Positions 52,653 to 60,504 of a stretch of 60,504 nt of DNA are shown piece after piece (position 1 is the stretch's first letter; each line of letters starts with the position of its first letter). The stretch lies in the IMG/VR virus record IMGVR_UViG_3300023210_000036, positions 1 through 60,504 of that record. One strand, written 5' to 3'. The stretch comes from a virus (lineage: Duplodnaviria > Caudoviricetes). Both the position numbers and the translations under genes were made by a program. The notes under the pieces were generated by a model. It had not been told where the DNA came from. It worked only from the letters and a program-made list of their open reading frames with translations, and searched no databases.

Positions 52653-52934
52653 TTATGGATTAGCTGTTATGTATCCTTTTATTGTTGCATATGAATCTGT
52701 TACTATAATCGGTTGAACAACTCCAAGATTTGCAATATAAACTTGTACAACACCATCTAAAATTTTCTGACCTGACGGATCCCAAAAATAACCAACACCC
52801 ACTATTGATGTTTGATTAATACTAATAGAGCTTGAGGAATCAGGAATTACATAAGCTCCGGGTATTATTCCAGTAGTGGGCACCGGGTTTTCTGCTGTTA
52901 CTTGTACTTGTGTTAAATCTACTACTGTTGCCAT
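52653..52934 (-). CDS. Hypothetical protein
   Basis: 93-aa ORF translationally coupled to the upstream gene. Confidence 0.55.
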   Translation of the reverse strand: MATVVDLTQVQVTAENPVPTTGIIPGAYVIPDSSSSISINQTSIVGVGYFWDPSGQKILDGVVQVYIANLGVVQPIIVTDSYATIKGYITANP

Positions 52935-53746
52935 TATTGTTTATCTTTAAGCCACATTATTAGAGATGTTACTTCATCTTTTAAATATGGTAGTTCATAT
53001 ATTTTTACTTCATCTAAAACAGGTTCACCATTTATACTTTCATTGATAGGATATCCATTTGAGTCTTCACCCACTTGTACAAATTTAACGTGTTGAATTG
53101 TCAACTTACCAATTTTTAATTTGGGGTTGTGCTTCTTAATAATATACGCATAAATGCTGAGCTGTAGGTTATAATGATTAATGTTACAATCATCTAAATT
53201 ATTAACTGGCTTATATAGCTTATTAGTAATACCTTCCCAATTAGTATATCCCTTCTCTTTGATCTCTTTATTTGTTTTATAATCATGGATATTAATATGT
53301 CCATCAACTACCTCAACCAGATCTGCTTGACCACATAATTTTGCAGATTTTAAATATACCATATGTTCTGGGTACACCCCTTCCTTAAGCTTTTGTTCAG
53401 GTGCTAATTTAAGTCCGTCTTCAGTAATTAAAGGTTTAATAATAGGCACCTCAGTCCCATTGCGCCCAATAGTTGTAAAGTTTAACATATCCGCCTCTCT
53501 TTGGTTATGATACCAATTACCTAATTTAATTGCTCTCTGTGTCTCATTATCCCAAGCAGACAATATTTCCTTCTCAGTCATATTATACCACTTAGATCTT
53601 TTATTCTTTGAGGATTTTTTAGCTTGTCCCTCCCTATCAAATTTAGGTTTAAACATTCCTATAAAAGATGTTACACTGGTCCAATCTATTTTGTCTTGGT
53701 CATTACTTTCATAAATATGACCTTTTTCTTTAAATACTATTGCCAT
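52934..53746 (-). CDS. PD-(D/E)XK (Cas4/RecB-like) exonuclease
   Basis: SVTSFI...GNWYH...E...CGQADLV...IHDYKTN...YNLQLSIYAY. Confidence 0.85.
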   Translation of the reverse strand: MAIVFKEKGHIYESNDQDKIDWTSVTSFIGMFKPKFDREGQAKKSSKNKRSKWYNMTEKEILSAWDNETQRAIKLGNWYHNQREADMLNFTTIGRNGTEVPIIKPLITEDGLKLAPEQKLKEGVYPEHMVYLKSAKLCGQADLVEVVDGHINIHDYKTNKEIKEKGYTNWEGITNKLYKPVNNLDDCNINHYNLQLSIYAYIIKKHNPKLKIGKLTIQHVKFVQVGEDSNGYPINESINGEPVLDEVKIYELPYLKDEVTSLIMWLKDKQ

Positions 53747-53747
53747 C

Positions 53748-53843
53748 TTAGTAGGTTAGTGTAGTATACCAATATCCATTTTGTTGGTTAGTGATTGTAC
53801 TACTAGTTACTCCGTTATATATGTAATTAATTTGAATGTCCAT
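53748..53843 (-). CDS. Possible small protein (31 aa)
   Basis: MDIQINYIYNGVTSSTITNQQNGYWYTTLTY fills the gap exactly, stop one base from the next ATG. Confidence 0.35.
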   Translation of the reverse strand: MDIQINYIYNGVTSSTITNQQNGYWYTTLTY

Positions 53844-54162
53844 TGTTTTCTATTTGTTTATTAATTAATTCTTCTGTTTCTTCAGATACTAATGAATGCC
53901 AATATCCTTTGGGGCATTCCGAAGATAGTGATCTCATTTTAAATGCCAAACTGCAACCACAATCAGAGCAACATGGTTGAGTACCGGGGGCTAAGCAGTC
54001 ATCACCTTTAGCATCAAATAAGCTACAGTTTATACATACTTTCCATCTATCTGTCACCACTGCTTCTATATGCTCTTTTTTAAAAATATTATTTTTTATT
54101 CCTTCAGCTATTTGGTCTAAATTTCTAAAGACATCTAGATATTTTTTTAAAGGTTTAATCAT
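53827..54162 (-). CDS. Zn-finger protein
   Basis: CINC...C...CCSDCGC...ECPKGYW. Confidence 0.7.
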   Translation of the reverse strand: MIKPLKKYLDVFRNLDQIAEGIKNNIFKKEHIEAVVTDRWKVCINCSLFDAKGDDCLAPGTQPCCSDCGCSLAFKMRSLSSECPKGYWHSLVSEETEELINKQIENNGHSN

Positions 54163-54517
54163 TTTTTTTACTTTTAAAATCTTTCTTTAATTTTATGTTT
54201 TCTTCAAGTTGACTAAGAGCACGGGTCATTTGTTCTATATTCTCAGTTATGTTCTCACTTTTAGCATAACCATTGTATGTTCGTTTAGCAATATTACCCA
54301 ACATACTTTTATTTTTTTTTATCGCTGCTTCTAACCTGCCTTTTCTTAATTCAAAAGTACCTAGCCCGTCCACATAAATTCTTGGATAATTAAGTTGAGA
54401 TAATTTTTTTCTTAATTTTGTATAATAAAAATCTATGAAGTCATCTACTACTTGAGGATGAACACCCACTTCTTCGGCTATCCCTCTATTAAATTCTTTA
54501 TGCTTCTTGGGATTCAC
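54155..54517 (-). CDS. IHF/HU-like DNA-binding protein
   Basis: IAEEVGV...VVDDFI...IYVDGLGTF matches the HU/IHF fold. Confidence 0.7.
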   Translation of the reverse strand: MNPKKHKEFNRGIAEEVGVHPQVVDDFIDFYYTKLRKKLSQLNYPRIYVDGLGTFELRKGRLEAAIKKNKSMLGNIAKRTYNGYAKSENITENIEQMTRALSQLEENIKLKKDFKSKKND

Positions 54518-54869
54518 TGCCTAATATTTTATAGTCCAATAGCACTAATCCTTCTTTTTGCACATTTATATTTTTATTTAAAATTATAGTTTTTTTATTA
54601 GTACCTTTTTTTATTACTAAGTTTTTTTTCTCTGCTTTTGAAATAGCATTCCTAGCTGACTGTGCACTTTTAAAAATGTTTAGTTCTGTTAGTAGAACAC
54701 AAAATTTAGATATTTCCATTTTAGGATTTCTAGCCAATGTAGCTAAAAACTCTAAATCAGAACTGCTTATTACTATACGCTCAAAAAAACAAAAAGTTAG
54801 TATCTGATATTTGATACTATTATTTATATTAACTTTTAATTTTAAATCTACTTTATTTACTATTGCCAT
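54498..54869 (-). CDS. Winged-helix DNA-binding protein
   Basis: SAQSARNAISKAEKKNLVIKK followed by a beta-wing pattern. Confidence 0.55.
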   Translation of the reverse strand: MAIVNKVDLKLKVNINNSIKYQILTFCFFERIVISSSDLEFLATLARNPKMEISKFCVLLTELNIFKSAQSARNAISKAEKKNLVIKKGTNKKTIILNKNINVQKEGLVLLDYKILGSESQEA

Positions 54870-54871
54870 AT

Positions 54872-55807
54872 TTATAAGCTTAATATCATATCAACAAGAT
54901 CAGGGTCAGGGTAACAATCTGATTTATCATTTCTTACATTGGTATGTGTTAGTAATCCTTTTATATTTCCTTGACTTGCATCCATTTGAAAACCGAATCC
55001 TTTAACCGGTCCGTATTTTTGAATAAATTGCTTTAACCCAAGTCTAATATCTATACCGTCTCTTTCACCTACATATCTAAGCCACTTTTCAGTTTCTTTT
55101 ATTTGCTTTTCAGAATATCTGTGGAACTTTAAGTGACCTTTAAAGTGTTCTTTTAATTCAATTACTTCTGCGGGAGTAACAGTAGTACCCACATAAGTTT
55201 TATTGTCATCATCTAGATAACCCATAGCACATATCTCTAAACCAACAGAGTGTCTGTTCATCCATCCAGAATGAGTGCGACCCAAGTGCCATGCCTGACA
55301 CCCTTCTGGGAATGCTTGCACCATTACCCCATCATATTTATCGTCTCCTGTTCTATGATTTCTCCCACCTAATACAAATTCAGTGGCAATTCTTCCTCTA
55401 TTATCCCTTCCCCAATGATCAACAGTTCTGTATGGGTTATTATTTCCTGCCGTATGATGTAAGAAAACATACTCATTTTTTATAGGGCCTTCAAGGTATT
55501 GACCTTTAGGTAGATAGTGTTTATGAATCAATTGATTAAAACCAGTATTATAATATTGATTAAATACATCTGTGTCTTCATCAATTGCCTCTAAGTCTAT
55601 CTTAGTTGTATTAAATAGTAAAGCCCACATTTCACTATCTACCATACCCGTTACAGTTAAATCATTAGATAATTGATATCTTATAACTGCTTTTTCTGTT
55701 AATGGTCCAAAAGCACCATCAGGTTTTAATCCTAATTTATCTTGAAGATGTTTTACATTAGGGGTTCTGTCTCCTTTTTTAATTAACATAATTTTAAAGT
55801 TAGTCAA
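54872..55807 (-). CDS. Endolysin: PG-binding domain plus N-acetylmuramoyl-L-alanine amidase (Amidase_2)
   Basis: VKHLQDKLG..PDGAFGPLTEKAV; LHHTAG, AWHLG, SVGLEI, THTNVRNDKSDCYP. Confidence 0.9.
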   Translation of the reverse strand: MTNFKIMLIKKGDRTPNVKHLQDKLGLKPDGAFGPLTEKAVIRYQLSNDLTVTGMVDSEMWALLFNTTKIDLEAIDEDTDVFNQYYNTGFNQLIHKHYLPKGQYLEGPIKNEYVFLHHTAGNNNPYRTVDHWGRDNRGRIATEFVLGGRNHRTGDDKYDGVMVQAFPEGCQAWHLGRTHSGWMNRHSVGLEICAMGYLDDDNKTYVGTTVTPAEVIELKEHFKGHLKFHRYSEKQIKETEKWLRYVGERDGIDIRLGLKQFIQKYGPVKGFGFQMDASQGNIKGLLTHTNVRNDKSDCYPDPDLVDMILSL

Positions 55808-56105
55808 TACTCATTGCTGCCTTTTCCATAGCTTGTTTAAATGCCAATGCTTCTTCAGATTCTGGGTTTACCCCACCTTCTTTTTGGTCGGCATACTGTT
55901 GTGCCATAAACATCTGAGCTTGCATTCTTTCTGCCCTAGCCTTTTCTATAGTAGCTAATAGCATCTCATATTCAGCTTGGATTTCAAGATGTTCAATGTT
56001 GTCTTTGTAAAAAGCAGTGATTTCATCTCTTCTAGCATTGAGTTCTTCTTTGCTAAGAGTTGGTTCTTTTTCGTCTAAACTTGAGTTGGTTTTTAAATCT
56101 GACAT
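55800..56105 (-). CDS. Small coiled-coil hypothetical protein
   Basis: 101 aa, helical; preceded by TATATTTG. Confidence 0.6.
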   Translation of the reverse strand: MSDLKTNSSLDEKEPTLSKEELNARRDEITAFYKDNIEHLEIQAEYEMLLATIEKARAERMQAQMFMAQQYADQKEGGVNPESEEALAFKQAMEKAAMSID

Positions 56106-56180
56106 TTTAATTATTTTTAGTTAAACATTATACAAATATATATAAATAGTTTAACTAAAAAAAGTTTATTGCCTTATTTT

Positions 56181-57623
56181 TTATCTGAATACGGTTAGAC
56201 TCCCCGATTCATTAATTACTTCTGGCGAGTTAGACCTTCTTCCCACCACCGAATAATAGTATACACCGTCTTGAACATAATAGCCACCATCATTTATACT
56301 TCCATCCCAAAATGGGTATGAATCGAAGGAGCTCCCATAACCCTGATAGATTTTAACACCCCATCTATTAAATATATTGAATTCAACATCAACCCAACAA
56401 TTCACTTCATATACGATTTTCCATACATCGTTTATCCCGTCATTGTTAGGTGTAAATACATTGGGGATCCATATTGCTTCACATAAGTCATAAATACAAT
56501 CCCCATTATCTATAACTGCTGCTTCATTGTAATTAGTTGCTAGGCTATCTGTACATCCTTCTAAATACAAAACATATTCACAGCTACCATCATCTATAGT
56601 TGCAAGTGGATTATAATTAGTGGCAAAGGAATCAGTGCACCCTAATATATCATACAAACAGCTTCCGTCATCTATGGTGGCTAAGGGGTTATAATTGTTC
56701 GCCTCTGAATCCATACATCCATCAGTAGGGGGACATAGATTGATTAATTCTATTATTTGGTTCTCTGGGGCATTCCCAATAAACTGCCCGGCATTATTAA
56801 AATTATATACAGTTAAAACTAACTCACAGTTCTCACCACTATTAATAGAGTCTAATATAGATTCTAAAAGAGTATTTAAACTTGGGCTATTTAAATCTAT
56901 AGTGAGAGCATCACTAGAAGCATATATGTCTTGACCTCCTATACTAATATTAATAGAGTTGCCACCGAAATTAAAATTTAATACAAACCCAAAAATAAAA
57001 GGATCCTCATAGGGATATTGCGCCCACCAACTTGGGCTCCCTATGTTTGGGCAATAGGTGGAATGTGGGATTAAAGTTATCTCTCCAGTCCCTAAATCAA
57101 AGTCCACTAATTCTATATTACAACCATCATTACAGAAATTATCTCCATTAGGATTAAGACACCCATCACTTAGAGGTTCATCCCACCAAGTCCCATCATT
57201 GTTTAAAACCCATTGAAAGCATTCTCCATTGGATTCTAAAGCAAGTTTAAAAAATGATATATAAGAAGTTCCGGTCCATCCCCCATAAGGTGTCCAGTTT
57301 CCTGGAACATTTGCTGGTAGGGGAATATCAAATATGGGTGTGGAGATATATCTTGAACCACCCGCAGGAATGGGTAATATACCTAAACTAAAATCCCAGA
57401 CAGGACCCGAAATAAATCCTGATAGTGTCCAATCCATATATAGAGATCCTCCCGTGTATGGTACGATATCATCATTTTGAATTTCAAATGCAAACGAGAT
57501 ACCCGGATTATGATCGATTACTTGAGTTGATCCAGGGGATATATAAACATCACACTGAGCAGAACTAGTATAAGCCAGAAAAGATATTGCTACAATTAAT
57601 ACACTCCTAAGTATACTTAACAT
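56181..57623 (-). CDS. Secreted protein with gliding-motility-associated (T9SS type B) C-terminal domain
   Basis: Signal peptide ending SSA-Q; three GCxDSxAxNYNxxAxIDxGxC repeats; IPNVFTPNNDGIND...IFNRWG...WDG...DGVYYY...GSLTVFR. Confidence 0.85.
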   Translation of the reverse strand: MLSILRSVLIVAISFLAYTSSAQCDVYISPGSTQVIDHNPGISFAFEIQNDDIVPYTGGSLYMDWTLSGFISGPVWDFSLGILPIPAGGSRYISTPIFDIPLPANVPGNWTPYGGWTGTSYISFFKLALESNGECFQWVLNNDGTWWDEPLSDGCLNPNGDNFCNDGCNIELVDFDLGTGEITLIPHSTYCPNIGSPSWWAQYPYEDPFIFGFVLNFNFGGNSINISIGGQDIYASSDALTIDLNSPSLNTLLESILDSINSGENCELVLTVYNFNNAGQFIGNAPENQIIELINLCPPTDGCMDSEANNYNPLATIDDGSCLYDILGCTDSFATNYNPLATIDDGSCEYVLYLEGCTDSLATNYNEAAVIDNGDCIYDLCEAIWIPNVFTPNNDGINDVWKIVYEVNCWVDVEFNIFNRWGVKIYQGYGSSFDSYPFWDGSINDGGYYVQDGVYYYSVVGRRSNSPEVINESGSLTVFR

Positions 57624-57639
57624 TTTTAACCTAAAATTT

Positions 57640-57969
57640 TTAACCTACAGTCTCTGGAAACTTTTCGTGCATAATGTCACGAATTTTTACGCAACACTCA
57701 TACTCCTCATTATCCACATAATAATGAAGCATGTTTTCTAACTCATATAACATAGGCCCTTCTTCAGGATCAAACGCCAAGACAGCCGTTAAGTTCTCAT
57801 CAAACTTATTATCCAGCATATCATTAAACGTTATTTCATTTGTAAGGATACGGTATGAGTTGCGGAATGCATCTGCCAATATTAACTCATCTTCTTGCCT
57901 ACGCTTAATCTCCTGCATAGGGTCCATACTCTCATCATCATGATCGTCATATTCATCATAGTCACTCAT
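57640..57969 (-). CDS. Acidic protein with C-terminal UVR (UvrB/C)-like motif
   Basis: YYVDNEEYECCVKIRD. Confidence 0.6.
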   Translation of the reverse strand: MSDYDEYDDHDDESMDPMQEIKRRQEDELILADAFRNSYRILTNEITFNDMLDNKFDENLTAVLAFDPEEGPMLYELENMLHYYVDNEEYECCVKIRDIMHEKFPETVG

Positions 57970-58125
57970 GTGTTCTTTATTTTTGGTGAATAACTCTATA
58001 CTCTAATATACAAAATTAATAGAATATTTGAAAGTAAATAGTCCTCAACCTTATTCCCGCCTAATAAAAAAAAATTTTTCCACCAAAAAAATAGTGTGTA
58101 TGGCATTGTTGAGATGTACTATGGT

Positions 58126-58143
58126 TTTGCTCCCCAGCTAATT
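58126..58143 (+). promoter_or_regulatory. 18-bp motif TTTGCTCCCCAGCTAATT, copy 1 (putative early promoter)
   Basis: Identical to 58674-58691; ends 49 nt before an ATG. Confidence 0.65.
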
Positions 58144-58192
58144 TTTGTGGTAGGGTATCCCCCCGTAAATTTCCACCAATTAATTCATTATT

Positions 58193-58534
58193 ATGAATAA
58201 TTTAAATAAGGTTTACTTTAGAAAAGTAAATATCAATGCTGAGAGAAACACAGCAACCGTGATTGTGTCGTCTGCACCTCTCGCGTCCAAGGTAACTACT
58301 ATCTTGGGAAAAGAAGTGGCTACACGGTCACAGTCTAACATTGTATTCGGTGTCTTATCTCTATTAGACCCTGAGACAAACGAGACTATGCGGGCTGACC
58401 ATCCAACTATTAAACACATACAGAAAACCTGTAATGTGGGACAAGAGTTGGAGGGATTTAGAATGACAGATAACTTGGTGCTGGATATGGTAACCAAAGA
58501 ACCAACTACCCTTTGTTGGGTGGAGGCTGTCTAA
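58193..58534 (+). CDS. Hypothetical early protein, paralog A
   Basis: Aligns end to end with 58725-59060 (VYF..NTATV.VSS.P...FG.LS..DPET...EGF...EPT...WVEA). Confidence 0.8.
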   Translation: MNNLNKVYFRKVNINAERNTATVIVSSAPLASKVTTILGKEVATRSQSNIVFGVLSLLDPETNETMRADHPTIKHIQKTCNVGQELEGFRMTDNLVLDMVTKEPTTLCWVEAV

Positions 58535-58540
58535 GTCTTA

Positions 58541-58586
58541 AAGGAATTGTAATGAGAGAGTGTAAGCTCTCTTGTTACTCTTCCTT
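58541..58586 (+). terminator. Extended hairpin after paralog A
   Basis: AAGGAA..GTAA..AGAGAG / CTCTCT..TTAC..TTCCTT; weak U-tract. Confidence 0.5.
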
Positions 58587-58673
58587 ACAATGTTACTTAC
58601 TTAAACAATCAATATTAACAATCAATCTATGTTACTATTCTTTGCTCTTCAGCTGCTCGCTGCGCTCGCTCTC

Positions 58674-58691
58674 TTTGCTCCCCAGCTAATT
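58674..58691 (+). promoter_or_regulatory. 18-bp motif, copy 2
   Basis: Identical to copy 1; ends 33 nt before an ATG; degenerate third copy TTTGCTCTTCAGCT at 58641. Confidence 0.65.
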
Positions 58692-58724
58692 ACTGCAATA
58701 ATGCATTAATTAAAATTAAATAAA

Positions 58725-59060
58725 ATGAGCAATTCAGTTTATTTCAAGTCACTCAGTATTAATAAAACATTTAATACTGCAACAGTTGTTGTATCATCTA
58801 CACCAATCTTAAATAAAATGGCTACTATAGCCGGCATTAAGGTTGAAACAAGAACACAACAACAGACCACATTTGGCCTATTGTCTATCATAGACCCTGA
58901 AACAGGTAAAACTATTACAGGAGATAGTGATATAGCCAAGACATTGCAACAGTCACTTAACGTGGGTGATGTAATAGAAGGCTTTCAATTGTCAAGTAAC
59001 CCTGTAATGGACAGGGAAACCAATGAACCAACCAATATGTATTGGGTGGAAGCAATCTAA
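58725..59060 (+). CDS. Hypothetical early protein, paralog B
   Basis: Paralog of 58193-58534. Confidence 0.8.
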   Translation: MSNSVYFKSLSINKTFNTATVVVSSTPILNKMATIAGIKVETRTQQQTTFGLLSIIDPETGKTITGDSDIAKTLQQSLNVGDVIEGFQLSSNPVMDRETNEPTNMYWVEAI

Positions 59061-59068
59061 AGCATAAT

Positions 59069-59096
59069 GGGGAAGGTAAGTGTTACTTTCCCCTTT
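59069..59096 (+). terminator. Rho-independent terminator
   Basis: GGGGAAGGTAA-GTG-TTACTTTCCCC followed by TTT. Confidence 0.75.
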
Positions 59097-59504
59097 AAAT
59101 CTTTATTTAAATGCAATTTATATTCATTTGTGTGTTACAATATGAATATGTGGTCTCATATCCCACAATTACCCACTTGTTACCACAGTTACTATCATCA
59201 CTCTTATAGGAGTTATATATAGCTAACACTAACAAGACTATTAGAGTTACTAATAGAGAATCTATAGTATGAAGAGTTGTTTCTCTCTCTATAGGAATAG
59301 CATTATATTACCCGTAATCTTGAAATGATAATAGTCCAGGAGACTTAGTGAATATAGTTGAACGCATGATACTATTGAAACTTTAACAACAATTGCAAGA
59401 CACTGTTATGAATCACAGTGCACCAGAGATGGTATCATAGGTCGTTGAGTTTAAAAAAAGCCTTTCCTGAAATATTATATGTTACCACTTAAAACCTTAA
59501 AACT

Positions 59505-59630
59505 ATGGCAATACAAATTATTGGAAACTGTGTCTATGAGATAACAGTGGATGAATGCGGACAGTGTACCCAACTTGTTGGTGAGCTCTCTGAAATGACT
59601 AAACAAGAAATTGAATATTATAACCTTTAA
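59505..59630 (+). CDS. Small hypothetical protein (41 aa)
   Basis: MAIQIIGNCVYEITVDECGQCTQLVGELSEMTKQEIEYYNL with an A-rich initiation region. Confidence 0.5.
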   Translation: MAIQIIGNCVYEITVDECGQCTQLVGELSEMTKQEIEYYNL

Positions 59631-59648
59631 ATTAAAACCCTAGAACAA

Positions 59649-59837
59649 ATGTCAAAGAATATTGTCCAAACGCAAATTGATATAGCAAAAACTAAATATG
59701 ATAGTATGAGGTTAGGAGTTATTACACAATGTAAAGAACGCCTTACCAACATTGCATTAAAGCAAAGAGAGTTAGAAGATGAAGCAGATAGGATTGAAAG
59801 ATATCTTCAAGATTTAAATATAAATCCTCCAAGATGA
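59649..59837 (+). CDS. Small coiled-coil protein
   Basis: 62-aa ORF with an A-rich leader. Confidence 0.6.
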   Translation: MSKNIVQTQIDIAKTKYDSMRLGVITQCKERLTNIALKQRELEDEADRIERYLQDLNINPPR

Positions 59838-60121
59838 AACATATTATAATCTTATCCCAGAAAGCATTTGCTGAATATAAGTCAGAAATTGGACTTATAA
59901 ATCTATACATATCAAATGAACCTGATGTTGACTTTTATACAGGCAACACACATCTCGTGGTAAAACGTGATGAACTTAGTCTACCATCGTTTAAAACAAT
60001 TGAAAAAGAATTGAATCGCAATGATGCACTAAAACATATGGCTCATGAACATAATCTGATAGAAATTCATAACCAAGATCCAGTACACAGTTACTTATCT
60101 TATGTATCAACGTATAACTAA
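59834..60121 (+). CDS. Hypothetical protein
   Basis: ATGA overlap with the previous gene. Confidence 0.6.
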   Translation: MKHIIILSQKAFAEYKSEIGLINLYISNEPDVDFYTGNTHLVVKRDELSLPSFKTIEKELNRNDALKHMAHEHNLIEIHNQDPVHSYLSYVSTYN

Positions 60122-60133
60122 ATATAAAATAAA

Positions 60134-60469
60134 ATGAAAAAACCATTAAAATACTTCGTAAAGCTATTATTTGTAATCATCTTACCTGTAATAGTATCTA
60201 TAGTAGCAATAGGATTGCTAATATCTAATTATTCATCTGTTATTCCATTATTTACACCATTTGAAATAGGATTTATAATTACTTTATTCACTTGTACACT
60301 GCTTAATGCTATTTTTTATAGTTCAATAATGTCCCAAACTAAATTGTTACCCGGACTTAAATTTGAATTTATGCCCATGATAGGATTAGGAATAGGAATA
60401 GATGTTAGAGTTCAAACATTAATTATCATGATTCCACTTTGTGCAATAGAAATAAGATTTAAAAAATAG
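60134..60469 (+). CDS. Small membrane protein
   Basis: Two clear hydrophobic helices plus a hydrophobic C-terminus. Confidence 0.65.
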   Translation: MKKPLKYFVKLLFVIILPVIVSIVAIGLLISNYSSVIPLFTPFEIGFIITLFTCTLLNAIFYSSIMSQTKLLPGLKFEFMPMIGLGIGIDVRVQTLIIMIPLCAIEIRFKK

Positions 60470-60504
60470 TGCCATCAGTGACACCCTAACAATACCAGTA
60501 ATTA

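Noticed and set aside
52934-53746. Cas4-like nuclease as a sign of a CRISPR system
   Set aside because: No repeat-spacer array or other cas gene seen; solo PD-(D/E)XK nucleases are common in phages.
1957-57943. Many short plus-strand and nested minus-strand ORFs in the track
   Set aside because: They are antisense or off-frame shadows of long genes and have no recognisable motifs.
1-57969. Stop-codon reassignment as in some crAss-like phages
   Set aside because: Long genes are intact under the standard code, coding density is high, and TAG serves as a real stop (terminase, 186-aa gene).
58655-58669. Cloning-vector (ColE1 origin) contamination
   Set aside because: The resemblance is only about a dozen bases and the flanks are phage-specific promoter motifs.
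57970-60504. tRNA genes in the intergenic regions
   Set aside because: No cloverleaf with a T-loop GTTCRA and acceptor stem was found by eye.

Overview
AT-rich (Bacteroidota/Flavobacteria-type) dsDNA phage segment that looks like the virion morphogenesis arm of a crAss-like podovirus. From ~58 kb down to base 1 nearly everything is on the minus strand: a T9SS-type secreted protein, endolysin, IHF-like and Zn-finger proteins, PD-(D/E)XK nuclease, GroES, large terminase, portal, scaffold, major capsid protein, ring/auxiliary capsid/hub proteins, several tail fibres (one with an S74 chaperone), VWA/FN3 proteins, a metallophosphoesterase, a 2108-aa tail stabilisation (muzzle) protein and four large putative virion cargo/ejection proteins. 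Transcription switches to the plus strand at ~58.1 kb, where two paralogous genes each follow an identical 18-bp motif. Most notable: (1) three cargo proteins are divided into modules by a recurring (K/R)xGG-x-LPxAQxG motif, suggesting a processed or motif-packaged enzyme polyprotein; (2) a 3'-UTR hairpin whose loop is complementary to the AAAACCAA motif found just upstream of several phage start codons; (3) a phage-encoded type IX secretion cargo; (4) a non-canonical GNA-triloop DNA hairpin beside a putative early promoter. All family calls come from motif recognition and synteny by eye; no searches were run.
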